Below are positions 1 through 15,053 of a stretch of 64,000 bases of DNA, piece by piece (position 1 is the stretch's first letter; each line of letters opens with the position of its first letter). Below the pieces are notes generated by a model, which saw nothing but the letters and a program-made list of their open reading frames with translations, was not told the DNA's origin and searched no databases. The position numbers and the translations under genes are program-made. This stretch comes from Nageia nagi (lineage: Eukaryota; Plantae; Pinophyta): assembly GCA_050084985.1 (NCBI GenBank), contig JBITNC010000001.1:80476001-80540000 (forward strand), given 5' to 3'.

Positions 1-707
1 TTCACAACTTCAACTCAACTTGACTTTACTTAAACTTGACTCCCACTATACTTGCTCTAGAATTTGTACTCAACTTGCACTAGAATTTTTCTTAGCTTGC
101 CTTACATGCCCATAGCACTCTCTATTTATAAGCTAGAGAAGATATCTAGATTTCTCTACAACTTGAATTTTAAAATACATTATATCTCCATCTCTAAAAA
201 TATCCAAACTGCCTTTAGAAATATCGATGAGATACCACATGGATATTTTGGCACATAACCCTTTTCTATAAATCTCTTTTAAATATCAAAAACTACTTTC
301 ATATCATTACATATCCTTGTGCCACATAATCCTATGGATAATTATAGAACATATATCTTCCAAATATTACCTATGGATGTTTCTTCTACTTACCATTTAC
401 CTTTTACCAGTTACTATTTTATTTTTTATCATACTTTACCAACTTAAAGTCCTTATAGTAAACTTATACTACTAATCATTGTTATGTCCCTATCTCTTTA
501 TTCTAGTTACGTTGTTATTCCATTACAATTATAACTATAGCTTATTGATGGATGTTGTTATTCCATTGTGGCTATAACTATAACTTATTGGTGGGCATCA
601 TTATCTTGCACATCAAGTTGTTTTCTAGCCACTATTATTGATTGTGATACATACAAGTTACATAGAGATACTATATATTTACTGGAAAAATTTAATGATG
701 ATAGCTC

Positions 708-1205
708 TGAAGGATTTGAACTAGATCTAAACAAATCCTCTAGGACCTTAGACTAGGAAGCTAAATCATTCATCATCTATAATTCTAAGAACATCATTCA
801 CACAATATGACACCAATATAATGTGGTTCCTCCCTCCTTGGGAGTACATCCACAACTAGTTCTCTATTCTCAATCTATGTCTCTCTTACAACTATTTTAT
901 AGCTCTCTCCTACACAACCAAGTAGAGTAATCTTACTCCAAGACTTAGATATGTTTACAAGAGGAGAGGCCCTCTATTTATAGCTTGAGAGCACCTCCCT
1001 AACCTTCCTTTAACCCAAGGGTAAGGTTAGGGTTACATTAAATGTATCAACTAACTTCAACCTACCAACTAACCACTTTGGTAAAGTCAAAGTCTACATA
1101 TTAAAGAATTCAATTAATCTCTTAAGGTATCTACATACCCTTAAGTGATTAATTGAATTTACAAGGAGTTTAGATATTCACAATATTTCATTACAAATTC
1201 TAACA
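708..1205 (-). mobile_element. Solo LTR, 498 bp
   Basis: TGAAGGA...CTAACA ends; perfect 5-bp TSD AGCTC (703-707 and 1206-1210); minus-strand TATAAATAG near 975-983. Confidence 0.88.
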
Positions 1206-1727
1206 AGCTCCATATGGGAATCTATGTGAAGGGCTAATTTTAAATAAGAAAATAACCTCAAGTCTATCCTCTTTACCATAATGTTACTTGGTAATGATAA
1301 AATGTTGGATGTATGGGATATATGATTTGATAAGATTGAAAGCTTTTTGCACACATGAATTTGGTTAACAATTAAAGCATGCTTTGTTGATTACTTTTAT
1401 TTAATTCAACATGTATGTTTGATTAATTTGAATGAATTCAACATATATGGTTGATTTATTTGAACAAATTCAAAATTTATGATTGATTAATGATTGACTA
1501 AATTGAACAAAATCAACATGTATGGTTGATTTTGGTTCTTAAAGTTAACATGCTTACATTGGTTAACACTTCCCCTTCTTTTGTAGCAAATAGGATACTC
1601 ACTTTTACCCAAGCATATCCTAGATCATTCCAACTATGGAATTTAGGAACCTAATATGGGGATGACTATAATAGAAATGATTTTAATAACTATTATGCCA
1701 AATATGAGATCAAGAGGAAGTTTACAA

Positions 1728-4700
1728 TGTAATTCCCCCAAATTGTACTCTCCAATAATAAGCAAATTTCCCTATAACTAGGGATTCCAAAATACCCCCA
1801 AATTGAAACCCTAGCCCCACATTAGGGTCTTTGAAACTCAAACCCTCATAGTTATTTGATGTCATTCCTCTAAGGCTCTACTCTTATTAGGACTACCCAC
1901 GTCTAGCCTAATTTACTAGTATTAAAAATAATGAGTATCATATACATGCAATAATTATCCTATCTCAACAAACCACTGGAAAATCAACATAAATCTAAGA
2001 TCTCATTACACATAAAAATAACAAATTGAGGATCTAGCATAAATATGTCATTGTTTCATAAATGTTATGATCAATTACAATATTTTCTTCTCATATCCAT
2101 ATGTTGACCTCAAATGGAGCTAACCAATACAATAATGTATCACTACAACCTACGAACCATGGGATAAGACCCCACACCTTTAGAAATATGAATCCTTCCC
2201 ATCGAAGGGGTCCTCTTTGTACAATGGAAATATGATTGAATGGTGTAAATGTTCTCTTGGATGCCACAAGATGTGCTGGATAACCTACTCAACCTAGCCT
2301 ATCAAGATCCACCCTCTAATAGCCCTCTAGACAACCTACCTAGGAATGGTGCTTAGCTTTGCTAAGTCTCAAGACCATAAATCCATATAAGTAAATTTCA
2401 AATGAGAGAAATAATAATTATCTATGTGAATGAGACCCTAAATGCTCTTTTATAACCTCCTCTAGCTTAAGCTCCTCAAAATCACCATAGTCAACCTTAT
2501 AATCCAACTTTGGAGTGTAACTAGTCAAACTAGTCCAATGTGGGGTCATAACGGCCAAGTAAGCCAATGTTAAATGTGTTGAGATCCTAAGAGGCTTACA
2601 TGGGATCCCAAGTGGATGAATGTGCCAAGGTGGGAGACATGATGAGTTAAGATGCCAACATTGGGGGTGTGGGACCCTCTAAGCTAGACATTAACTCCCA
2701 AGAGTCTATCCAAGTTATTTCAGTTGCTAGCATTTAGATTCCCACATTTTAGGATCTCCATACAATAAAATATACCTAATCTATACTTATGAGGTATCAT
2801 CCTAGTTGGGGCTCACATTGGGGCCCACATGACCTATATTTCCTATCCTAAGTTTACAATAATAATCATGAAATCACACCTACCTACTCTATTATATTAC
2901 AATTGACCCAGTTGGTCTTGATGCACCTTGGAATAGGTGCATTACAATGCCTCCCCTCTTGAATTTCTTGTACCCAAGTAATTTATATAAAATCATAATA
3001 ATCTATAAAGACATATGGTGGAATGCATCTTCGATATGAACCAACTCATGTGCATTCCTCCTTAATAAGTGCCCTAAGGCATCTCCCCCTGCCTAATGGA
3101 TGTGGGTATGCTTCTAACAAATTAAACCTACAAGATCCCATGAAATAAAGATTTTATCATGGGATTATTTGATCATATGCTCCACTCAAAAGCTCTCCAC
3201 ACCCTTATGGCCAGTGTGAGGTAAGAATCCATTGCATCTCCTAGCTTCTAAATCCACCATTAAGGTAATGCATCCTCCCTCAAGTCCAATGATGGGTTAC
3301 TATCATCCTAACACCTCCAAACCATAGTACAAGCCTCCCCAAACTTCCACATTAGGTGCCTATCACCATGGAACCTCATCTTAGCAACCCTAGTCTCCAT
3401 ACTCCTTAATGTGGGGTCCCAAACTTCTTGGGTACCCACTATAGCAAGATTAGTCATCCCAATACTCTAGGTGGCAAGCTAAGCCTCTTATATGCCCAAT
3501 GTGTGTTGGAAATCCTCTAGAATGCTTAACATAGGGTGTGAGTGCCCCCATAAGCCTAACTTGGAGTGGCAGTGCTCTTGTATATCTATCATTGGGGTCC
3601 CAAATCTCCCATGATACAACATGGTTCCTCCTAGCTCCTCCTGCTACAATGTATGGTGGCAACTCTCCCAGATGTCCAACATGTATCCAACAAAATTATC
3701 TCCAAGAGTTGTTGGAATGTATAATGCATTATTGTAAATATTATGCAATAATCTTCTATGTAAGTTCACTAATACTTAAGGCTATCATTTGATACCTTAA
3801 GTATTTAAGTGAATATGATAATGTAACTTGTCCTACACTCCATGTCATGAGCATGCCCCTTAGGTAAAAGGATGTGCATGTCATGCTTTTGTACATTGGA
3901 TAAAAGGGGGATCAAAAGAGGGATTTTGGCCTATAAATGGAAGGCTTCCTCTTTGTGATAACATACCAATTTATAGAGTAAAGTTATTCTATAGGATAGT
4001 GTTTAGGAGAAAAGCGTAGGAGGATTGTAAGAGTTCATATTTGTTAATAAGAGAGATCTAGTTAGTGGATGTACTTCTAGTTGGAGGAACCACTTACATC
4101 TTGTGTTATCTTTGTGAGATTGCCTTGTGAGTTTGTTAAATGTGTATTATGAGCTTTCATGTGATCTTGGTTGTGTAGGAAGTTATATGTTAGTGTTACT
4201 TCCTTCAAGAGTGTGCATAACAATCCTTATAATTGAACTATTATATTCAAAGTGAGATGAAACCAACACCCCAACATGCATGTTAACCTCTAAAATGTAA
4301 ACTATTATCAATTGGCAAAAGTATGTAATCCTCCCCACATGCTCAAAGTCACCAAATAGGTCTAAAAAACTAGCAAGCATGTGATACTCAAGTCTAGAAT
4401 GGAAATCAGCATAAAATGTCTCAATCTTCCTAAGAATGGCAGTCCATCTTATGACAATAATGACCTATTCATTCTTTCAAAATGTAACCATCATAATGTC
4501 AAACATAGCCTCCAAACCATGGGAAAATGTGGACTCACATTTAGTCCAATTAGACATATTCATCATGTCATCAATGCATGTAACAATACACCCTTTAACA
4601 ATAATCAATCTATTATTGATTTATGTCCCTTCCATCCTTAAAATTACTATCCAAATAGCTAAGAATACTACCCAAGATGCTGACAACCATGGTGACATCT

Positions 4701-7700
4701 CAACCCCAATTTTCTTACATCTTCCCTTATCAAATGTTGTCCTTGACATGTACCATCCCAACTAAAGGAAAATTGTAATAAGGTCTAAAAATGTCTCTTC
4801 CAAGTTAATCCACACCAAACAAAAGGATGAAGAGTGACTACTCCTACAAATGCTTGAGTTATCCTCATACATTGTAACCTTTTGGGGTAGCAAGGTAGCT
4901 TTAGAAATGACATGATTCCTTACCCCAAATAGTGTTGAATATTTAGGAACATAATGACCAAATGTACCCCTCTTTTCCTTGATACCTTGGTTGCAAATCA
5001 ACATGTCATAAGGAAGCATGATACCCCTATCATGTCCTAACCTTTCAAGTGAGGCTATGAAATCTTGCATACACACAAACAACCAAAGTGAGCTAGAATA
5101 AGTGAGGCTATTGGCCCTTGTCATGTGCCAAGGATCCAAATAGCTCCAATGACCTTCAAATCTTCTATCATAGGTGGAGAATATTCTACCATCCTTCCCT
5201 AAGGCTAATTAGAAAAACTTCTTGCTATCTCCTTTATTCCCCAAAAACACCTCCAACCTTCTAAATCTCCTATTGTGTGCTAACACACCCAAATCCCATG
5301 GAGCTAGTAGTCTATTGCCATTTACATGTAGAATCAATTTCTCCCACTTGTCACAACTTGAAACCAAAGGCATGAGACTAGTATATGCAATTTCATAACC
5401 AAATTTCATGTCCACATCAAGCATCTTATGCTTTGCTAAATTCTCAACCAATAGAAATGATTGTAATCTAAATAAAATGTTTAGTGGCTCTATTTGACAT
5501 ACCTCATGTGTGGATATAATGATTTCTAATTTCATAATATCTAAAATGTTATTTTCTTCTTTACATTATTTAACTTCTTCTGTGCTAGGCTTATGCTCCT
5601 CTTCTTTCTCATCATTATTTTCCAAAATTAAATCTAGAAGAAGAATAGCTTTTTCCTCTTTCACCCCAATATTGTCACTCCCCAAATCATCATGCAAATC
5701 CTTTGAATTACTACTATGGAAATTAGAATTGCTATCATACCTTTTTGGAGTTTCAATATGGCTGATATGAGATTCTTCTCTTACCACTTCTTCTTCTTAA
5801 CCAAATGATCCATGATGAGTGGATTCTCTATCTCTCAAAATCTTGGATCTTCTTAGACTATGCTCCTGATCAGATAGATCCTTTTTACTCCAAAAATTAG
5901 CATCTTATTTGGTCAAACATGGGCCTCTACTTCCCTTAAGAGCTCTATGTCATGATTCCTCCTCTTCTCTAGCCCAACATGGCTCCTTCTGGCCCTCATT
6001 GACCAAATGTTTATGTCCTCTTCCAAATCAAGCTTACTATTGAATCTCCCTAACCTCTAGATCTGGATGTTCCTCAATTTGTTCAATAATTTCATGCTAA
6101 TGAGGTGGCCATTAGCTTATGTTTTCCTCCAAGAATTCCAATTATCGACTCATTTGTTCTTACATATCCATCATTATCCCTGACACCTTATGTAGGGTAG
6201 ATATCATTTCATTAAATTAGCATTCAAGAATGGATTCTAAAAATGGTGTATGACTTATTATCCTTCTATTACTCACATCCATATTCTATCCTCTTGTGCT
6301 ACTTATGCCTTTCTCTCACCTCTAAAAACCCTAGTCTCTAGTTGCTCTTTCATCCATAGTCATCTCTCATCCTCTTGAAAGGTTGCCTTCCTAGATTTGT
6401 TGCTCGTTCAAGCGGATGCCATAGTTTTCAAATCCTAACTTAAAACCCTCATATTAATTTTTTCTAAGTAGATAGGATGATAGATCAAGTCCTTATACAC
6501 CTAGAAATAACCTTCAAATTTGTAGATATGTTCTCCAAACCCTAGATGACCTAGTCTAGGAATTTAGTTTTTCCCCAAAAACTATCATTTTGACATCAAA
6601 AATAGCTTTCTTAATGTCGGACCTCATCAGAGATTGGTCCAATTCATATCTAACTATATATTAACCTTATAATGTGGCTATATCTAAGCTCTAATACCAC
6701 TTGTAATGCCCCCAAAACCTACTCTCTAATAATGAGCAAATTTCCCTATAACTAGGGTTTCCAAAATACCCCAAAATGGTAATCCTAACCCCATATTAGG
6801 GTATTTGGCACTCAAACCCTCCCATTTCGTTAACATCAACCCTCTAAGGCTTTACTCCTACAAGACTACCCATGTCTAGCCTAATTTTCCAATATTACAA
6901 ATAATGAGTATCATATACATGTAATAATTATTCTATCTCAACAAACCACTAGAAAACCAACATAAATCCAAGATCTCATTACACATAAACATAAAAAATT
7001 GAGGATCCAACATCAATATGGAATTGTTTCATAAATGATATGATAAATTATAATCTTTGGCTCCCATATCCATATGTTGACCTCAAATGGAGCCAACCAA
7101 TACAATGATGTATCACTACAGCCTACGAAACATGGGATAAGACCCCACACCCTTAGAAATTTAAATCATCCCCATCGAAGGAGCCCTCCTTATATATTGG
7201 AAATCTAATTGAATGGTATATGTGTTCCCTTGTATGCCACTATATGTGTTGAGTAACCTACTTAGCCTAGCCTATTAGGATCCCACCCCTTGATAGCCCT
7301 CTAGATGACCTGCCTAGCAATGGTGCTTAGCATCGCTAAGTCTTGAGACCATTGGTCCATATAAGTAAATATCAAATGAGATAAAAAAAAAATAATTTTT
7401 TTGAATGATACCCTCAATTCTCTTTTGTAACCTCCTCTAGCTTAAGCTCCTCAAAATCACCATAGTCAACCTTATAATCCAACGTTGGGGTATAACTATT
7501 CAAACTACTCCAACATTGGGTCATAAGGGCCCAGTAAGCCAATGTTGGGTGTGCTAAGCTCCCAAGAGGCTTATGTGGGGTCCCAAGTGGCCAAATGTGC
7601 CAACATGGGAGACATGATGAGTCAAGATGCCAACATTGGGAGTGTGGGACCCTTTAAGTTGAATGTTAGCTCCCAAGATTCTGTCTAAGTCATTTTAGCT

Positions 7701-7886
7701 GCCAATATTGGGATTCCCATATTTCAAGATATTTTTACAATAAAATGTACCTAATCTATATTTAAGAAGGATCATCCCACTTAGGGCTCATAATGGGGCC
7801 CACATGGTCTATATTTCTTATCTTGAGTTTACAATATTACAATTAACCCAATGAGTCCTAATGCACCTTGGAATAGGTGCATTACA
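1728..7886 (-). mobile_element. Two-LTR, non-autonomous Ty3/Gypsy-type element
   Basis: Direct repeats 1728-2946 and 6702-7886, both TGTAAT...ATTACA; TSD TACAA/CACAA; minus-strand PBS TGGTATTAGAGC (tRNA-Met type) next to 6701; PPT AAGAGGGGAGG next to 2947; internal region has only eroded gag/integrase-like remnants and no RT was seen. Confidence 0.92.
3710..4207 (+). mobile_element. Solo LTR, 498 bp, nested in the Gypsy-type element
   Basis: TGTTGG...TCCTTCA ends; perfect TSD AGAGT (3705-3709 and 4208-4212); CTATAAAT at about 3930. Confidence 0.9.
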
Positions 7887-10800
7887 CACAATCCCTTACA
7901 CCTCTCAATAAAATGGTGGTATTAAAAGAAAGAATAGAACCATTTAGAAAATGGTTAAGTGCATGTTGGGAAATCTCATAGTTTCTTATAAGGTGAAGTT
8001 ATGAGCACTACTATCTACACCCTAAATAGGTACCCTGCAAAAGTAGTTGAAGTTAAAACCCCATATTAGGCATGGATGGGAAAGAAACCTAACATATATC
8101 ACCTTAGGCTTTTTGGTTATGATTCCTATTCCTTTATTGTTTCTAAGAAAAGAAAGAGGTTGGACATAATATCCTAAAAGTGCATCTTTGTGGGCTATAA
8201 TAGTCAGCATAGAGGCTACAAGATCTACTCTCCTTCCTCTAAAGTATTGTTCATATCGAGGGATGTAAATTTCAATAAATTTCTTGAGGAATATGCTTCA
8301 TGTGAGGACCTAAATGATCTTGATAAGTCTTTTATTTCACCTAAATGGATGGATATCAGTTTAGATATGTCACCTCAAGAGAAAAATTCTCCAACATAAA
8401 GGATAAAAATAAGTATGACCTTAAAACAAATCCTTATTTTCCAAAATTGATAGAAATAATGATCCTTCATCATTCAAGGAAACTTCAAAGCATGAATATT
8501 GGATGAAAGTCATGAAAATGAAGTATAAGGTTCTAATGAAAAATAAAACTTGGGATTTAGTTCTCTATCCCAATGAAAAGAATGTACTTGGCAATAAGTG
8601 GATTTACAAGTTCAAATACAATTCAATTGTAAAAATTGAGAAATATGAGGCAAGGTTAGTACTAATGGGTTTCACTCAGAAATAAAGAGTTGACTAAAAA
8701 GAAACCTTTGCTCTAGTGGTAAAGATGTCCACAACTAAGTTAATCCTAGCTCTTTCAGTAACTTAGGGATGGAAAGTTTTTCAAGTTGATGTCACGAGTT
8801 CTTTTCTCAATGGTAACTTAGATGTGAAGATCTACATGAACCAACCATAAAGATTTATTATGGAAGGAAAAGATTCCTTTGTATGAAAGATAAAGAATTC
8901 CTTGTATGGACTTAAGAGAGCACCTAGAGCTTGGTACAAAAAGATTTGAGGATACTTTATAGACATTGAATTCTTTAAGTGCTTCTTCAATATATATATA
9001 TATGTGCTCAACAATGACAAGACTTGATCTTGATTCTTCTCTATGTGTATGATCATTTGATCACATGAAATAATATTGAAATCATCCAAAAGTGCATATC
9101 CAAACTTAAGGACACATTTAAAATGATTGATCTTGGTCTCTTACACTACTATTTTAGTATGTAAGTGTATAAATATAAGGATTGTACTTACCTTAGTCAA
9201 TCTAATTATATCTCATATATATTGCAAAAGTTCAAAATAGAGGAGTACAAACTTACTACGATCCTAATCTATCCTTGAATCAATCTATCTCTTAGCTCCA
9301 ACTCTTAGTTGGTAGATGCTACATCTTACTGGAAATTAATTAAAAATCTTCTTTATTTGACTATCTCCCTACAAGATATTACCTTTGTAGTAAATATTAT
9401 GGAATAGTTTATGCAGAAATTGTATGTTGAGCACCTCAATCTTGTTAAGAAAATCTTGATTTATGTTGTAGGAATGAAGGATTCTACTCTCAAGTATTCC
9501 AAGTTGCCCTCATTTGTTCTCTCAAGGTTTTCAGATTTTGACTATATGGTGAATAGAGATGATAAGAAATAAAAATTTTCTTATGTTTAGAATTGGTTCA
9601 GGTGCAATCTATTAGGATCCCAAGAAATAGCTTACTATTTCTCTCTCCATCACAGAGGTAGAATATAAAGCCATATTAGTCATGACCTAGGAAGCTATTT
9701 GGTTGAGGCATCTTCTAAAAGAAATTGGGTATGAGGAAGCACACCCATCTCAGATTTCCTTAGATAATCAATCGGATATTACTTTTTCAAAGAACCTTAT
9801 TTTCCATCAAATAACAGAACATGTTGAAATCCAAGAATATTTTACCAAGGAGAAGGTTTTGGATGGTATCTTAAAATTGTAGTATTGGCTATTAGTCTTA
9901 AACTCCATTAATTTGTTCATAAATCCCCTTCCTAAAGCTTATTTTAGCAAGCTTAAGTAATCTATTGGGTTGGTGAAGTTTCCCTTAAGGAGGAGTGAAG
10001 GTTGAATTCTTATTGAGTTCATGTTTATGATGACAACTTCATTCCTAAGAGGATTTTTAGGTTGTATAGTGTAGATCTTTTTTTGTACACCATTATGGTT
10101 AGTTCACTCAGAGGAACTATTTGTACATATGTGAGAATATGATGACTTGTGCTAGCACTAATTTAGATATCTATATATGAGGAACTAGTATGTATTTTTT
10201 GATATTGTTTAGTTATCCATATGTGAAGAACTCATATGTGCTTATACTCTATCTTTTTATGTTGATCAACACATATTTTATACAGTAGGTGATAATGATT
10301 ATTAGCTTGGCATCTTCATGATGACTTATAGTGCATTATTGATCAATTTATGGATGACATTAATTGATTTATTTATCCTATGTTGATATGAATGTTTATA
10401 TGGTGCATTTGACTGATCTTATTTATGAGTTTCTTGTAAGTTGCAGGTTTCTTTTTGAGAGTGTAGGTTACCTACTTCGAGTGAGAAAGCTCATGGAGGC
10501 TCATCATATCAACTTGTTGTTGAATGACTAATTTGTATAGTGAAACCAATTAAGATTAATAATTGTATTGTAAACCATTTTTCTAATGGTAAAGTAGAAA
10601 GGGTTGGGGCCATTTAGAGAACCTATTCACCATCTAATCAAAAATAGTATTGAAAACCCTTATGGTAAAGAAACACCTTAATATATTCCTTAAGGAAAAA
10701 ATTACTCCATAATAATCACTTCAAAGGGGCAACCTCTAATTCACCGAATGCAATCCTTTAAGCCAATATTATATTAATACCATCATGATTGATTTTTTAT

Positions 10801-13800
10801 ACTTATGTGATTAACTATCAACCATATTTATATTTTCCCCTTGTATAAACATATGCACCATTAGTTACTAATATTATGAGTAATATAGCCCATTTATACC
10901 TTTAACCCACCTAAGTAATTGAGTTATATGCTAGATGTATACTTGTATATAACTCCACATATAAAATATATCAGAAGTATTTTTTTACTTTGTATTATTC
11001 TCACATAAATTACCATTGCACCATTTAATGTTATATCCTCATGATTCTTATTTAAACTCCTATAGTATAATTACATAAAGTCCCCCTTTGAAGTGGTTTA
11101 TTCATAAACCATTATTAAATAATAATCTATGCAACTCTTTCACAATAGATAGTAATTTATGCCAAGCTTACTCATCCACATATGTGCACTTCATGTTTAT
11201 TATTATTTCTTTTTATTCTCCTTTAATTTATTGTTATCATTATTTAGAATTCATATATATATTCTTATTGTTTCCATGTGTAACCATGGTTAGCTCTCTT
11301 TTGAGAATACCATGATTTTTTTTACATTACATTGATATTGTGAATACCCATAATTGTGAGGGTATTCAAGATTTATTCCACCATAGGTATAAGTCCATTA
11401 ATTTTATGATGGATTGTAGTAATCCCTCCTTTATAATATTGGCCTGGCATCTCATTTTCAAATACCAAGTTTGCAATCACTTCTTATGAGGTGGAGGTTG
11501 TAATACAAATGGATTGTAATAATTTTCTACTTCCTCCATGTTGTTTATTAAGTTTTTATTAGGTACTTCAAAATACTATAGAATCTTCTCTTCATTCTTG
11601 ATGTTTACTTCTTCCTTTTCAAAAATACCCTGGAATGAGACCTTTTTCTTGTACCAAAGCTTTATAAATTTATTTTGCATATTAAAATTAATATTTATTA
11701 GTGTTTCTAACTAAGAATAAACAATAACAATGTTAATACCACTCATATCAAAAGCATAAAAATATGAATGTAAACTATATTCATCCATAGTAAGCTTCAC
11801 AACTTGAAATAGTTGAATATTTTCATAGAAAAGTATGTATTTGATATTCCTTGGTTGCATATACAAGTTATTCATTAAATCTATGCTAACAAATATATAC
11901 TTGTTTCTATGAATCATGGAGACTGCAGCATTAATATTTGAATAACTCCACAAACTTGCAACACTAATTACTCCTTATAAGTCCAATAATAATTATCTTT
12001 TGTGTTTTCTTCCTCTTAATCATCATTAACATCTTCTTTTGTCTCATTTCATGCTACTTTATTTTATTTTTTTTATTCTTCCACAATTATTTTTTCTTTT
12101 CTTGGATTTTTGTTTTTTTCTCTCTCCTACTTCTTTATCTTTTTTTCCTTTTACTTTTTTTCCTCTAATTCTTTTTTGCTTTTTGCTTAACCCATGTTTC
12201 TAAAAATAATGTGGTCATTTTTCTCATGAGTATGAATATGCTTTTCTCAAAAATGACTTCTGTATTTTTCCATCATGCATAATATTGAGAGTTGTAAGTG
12301 AATTGTTCTTATAATAAAATGATTTGAAATTAAACTAGCAATCTCTAACATCTAGATTATCTTTCATAGAAAAAGCAAAGAGCTTTATCATTAAATTATT
12401 TATGAAAATATCCAAATCACATTCCAAACATTGAAATTTTTGGAAACAAAGATAAAACAATTTACATCCCCAAGTCCTAGAAAAAGATTTTTTGGATCAA
12501 TAATAAAATCACCATAACAAATTGAAAATAAATTCGAGTTAAATTTTGAATTGTAACGTCTTTGTATTTTTCCAAAAACACATACAAATTTAATGAAAGT
12601 TTTTGCGAAATTGCACATTGAGGAATTATTTTATAATAATATTTAAAATCAATATTGAATAATAAAAGTAACTCTTAATTTGTTGACATTTGAATTGTAA
12701 TATCCTTGTACTTATTCAAACTAATTGGTAAATTTTACCTAAAAATTCATAAGATTAGATAGGTCTTTTAACATCATTTTAAACCCATTGGTTTGTATGA
12801 CTTATCAAAGTTTGTCCAAATATAAATATATATCATTTATATATTTGAATAATTATTTCTAATTGAATTAAGAAGTATAATAAAATCATCAAGCTTGTGT
12901 TGGTTATCTTGGTTTAAGAATTTATAGATCAAGTTGTAATTACAAATACTTTTGTAGGTTGTCTAATTGTAAACTAGACAAAAAGAAATGAGTCTCATAT
13001 TCTATGGTATTTAGGTTACAAAGCTTACAAATTATTTGATCCCAAGGTGGTTCATATATTGTCCATCAACAAGTTTCACTATGTAATTCATGTTAATCAG
13101 TTCTTAATAGTAAGCTAATTTTCTTTTATTTTTTATATTATCATCACTCCAATATTCTTAATTTACTTTATTTGCAATTTTAAGTTATTGTATCTGAAGG
13201 GGTTGTGTTATTTTGTATGTCCCAAAGATCAAGCCACTTATCATAGTCTTTTAACCAACCTCTCTTAATATTTGTATGGGTTAGATAAATTTATTATGCA
13301 ATTATAGGAAACCTAAGATGATATAATATGTTGAATTTATAATTGTATAATATATATCATCTTAAAGATTCATTTTCAATAGGGAGTAAACTAGCTTCCA
13401 TGAGAAGGATAGGGTATGGTGTGTTATTTTTAATTTTGAATTTATAAACAACAAATTATTTTTGAATTTGCCCAATTTTATTCCATGTTTTCTATGAAAT
13501 GCTTCAATCCAAAGTTCATAGATATATAGTTTTACTAGAGTTACAAGGTAAGAGGAAAGAGCTTTCTTTTTTTTTCCTAGTTTTAAAGTCCTGCATTTTT
13601 ACACTTACTTTTTAGGCTATAATAGGCTTTCCATCTAGGAGAGATTCTTTTTTCAATATTGAGGTTCCAATTTAATTTTATATTTATATTGATGCCTAAG
13701 TATTTGTATGAGTAAATCACCATTAAGGGAAGATTTTTAAAGAGGATTGTAGGATGAAGCATATTTTTATAATTGATGATCATAATTTTAGTTTTATCTA

Positions 13801-15053
13801 CATTAACAATTAAGCAATATGTAATGCAAAATATTTGAAAGATATTTTATTATTTTACAATATCAATGTATTGTTTAACTAACATGATAATATCATCTAC
13901 ATAAAGTAAGGGAATAATGATGAGGTTGTAAAGGTATATGGCTATGCACCCTGCTTTTTGAATATATTTTTATAGTTGATCTATATAAATACTAAGCAAA
14001 GTTGAGGATAGTGGATATCCTTATTTAATTCTTAGAAACTACAAATCAAAAGCATCACATAAACCCTAAATACTTTGGAAGCACTATTTATTGATGCATT
14101 ACTACTCAAACCACTAGAGTTACTTCTTATGGTTGTGATATTAGGAATTTCTCTTCAATCTCAAATTCTAAAAGAGCCCTTTTACCCTCTATATGTAAAC
14201 TCCCTAGCTTACTTAGGCTTACTATTTTTGATACATTCTTTTTTGTTTATTTCTTACTCTTACACATCAAAGTTGCACTAGGTGCTTCCTTTCTCTTTTT
14301 ATATGTATTTTTCTCGCAAGGGGGTCACTATTAAGAAATGATAAATACCACATGAGTGCATACTAGGGGGTATTTTTAATATCAAGTTGAACTATCAATA
14401 TATCAGTAAGTATTTTATAAAAGGGAGGGGGATAAGCGTGTTTAAAGTTTATACAAAATATTTTATAAGGATTTTATTTACTATTGTTTGTGAGTGTATA
14501 ACTTTGAACACTAAACAACCATAAAAAGATCAATATATCTTTCCATTTGCATCAATTGGTGATCTTATATGATCAAAAAAGATTATGTAAGAGATAAAGG
14601 GAAGAACCATTACAAAAATCATTTTAAAAAGAACATTTCTTTTTACACTTGCATATACGAGAGAAGCTACTTGGTTTTCATCATCAAGAGTTTATCTTAA
14701 CAAATAGATCCATAAATAGGTCTCTTGGACTTATCAACAAGGACGTAGGCTATACTCTAATTTCATCATCAAGATAGTCTTCATTCAGGTCATCGTTTCA
14801 AGTGATCTTAAATAACAGTAGATGATGGTTTCAATTGAAAAAGTATTGGATCATTATAATTCTAGGTGATGATATCAAGGGGTGAAACTGCTAAGGGTAA
14901 TTAAAAATTGATTTAATTCTTTTCGATAAAATGGTAAGTTTTAAAAAGGGTTATTATTTATTATATAGGGGTTTAATTAGCTTGACCATTTGCTCTTAAA
15001 CAATTTTCATCGAACTAATTACTAATTTTCTTTTCTATAATATTGTCATATAA

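Larger units (their letters stand above)
1660..10629 (+). mobile_element. Degenerate 5'-truncated Ty1/Copia element (integrase-RT-RNaseH, PPT, probable 3' LTR 9996-10629), interrupted by the 1728-7886 insertion
   Basis: Integrase reads FNNYYAKYEIKRKFT / IPYTSQ*NGGIKRKNRT across the insertion; RT motifs KNKTWDLV, KWIYKFK, YEARLVLMGFTQ, YGLKRAPRAWY; RNaseH motifs TEVEYKA, DNQSDI; PPT AAGGAGGAG then TG at 9996. Many stops and frameshifts; the right LTR boundary is tentative. Confidence 0.88.
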
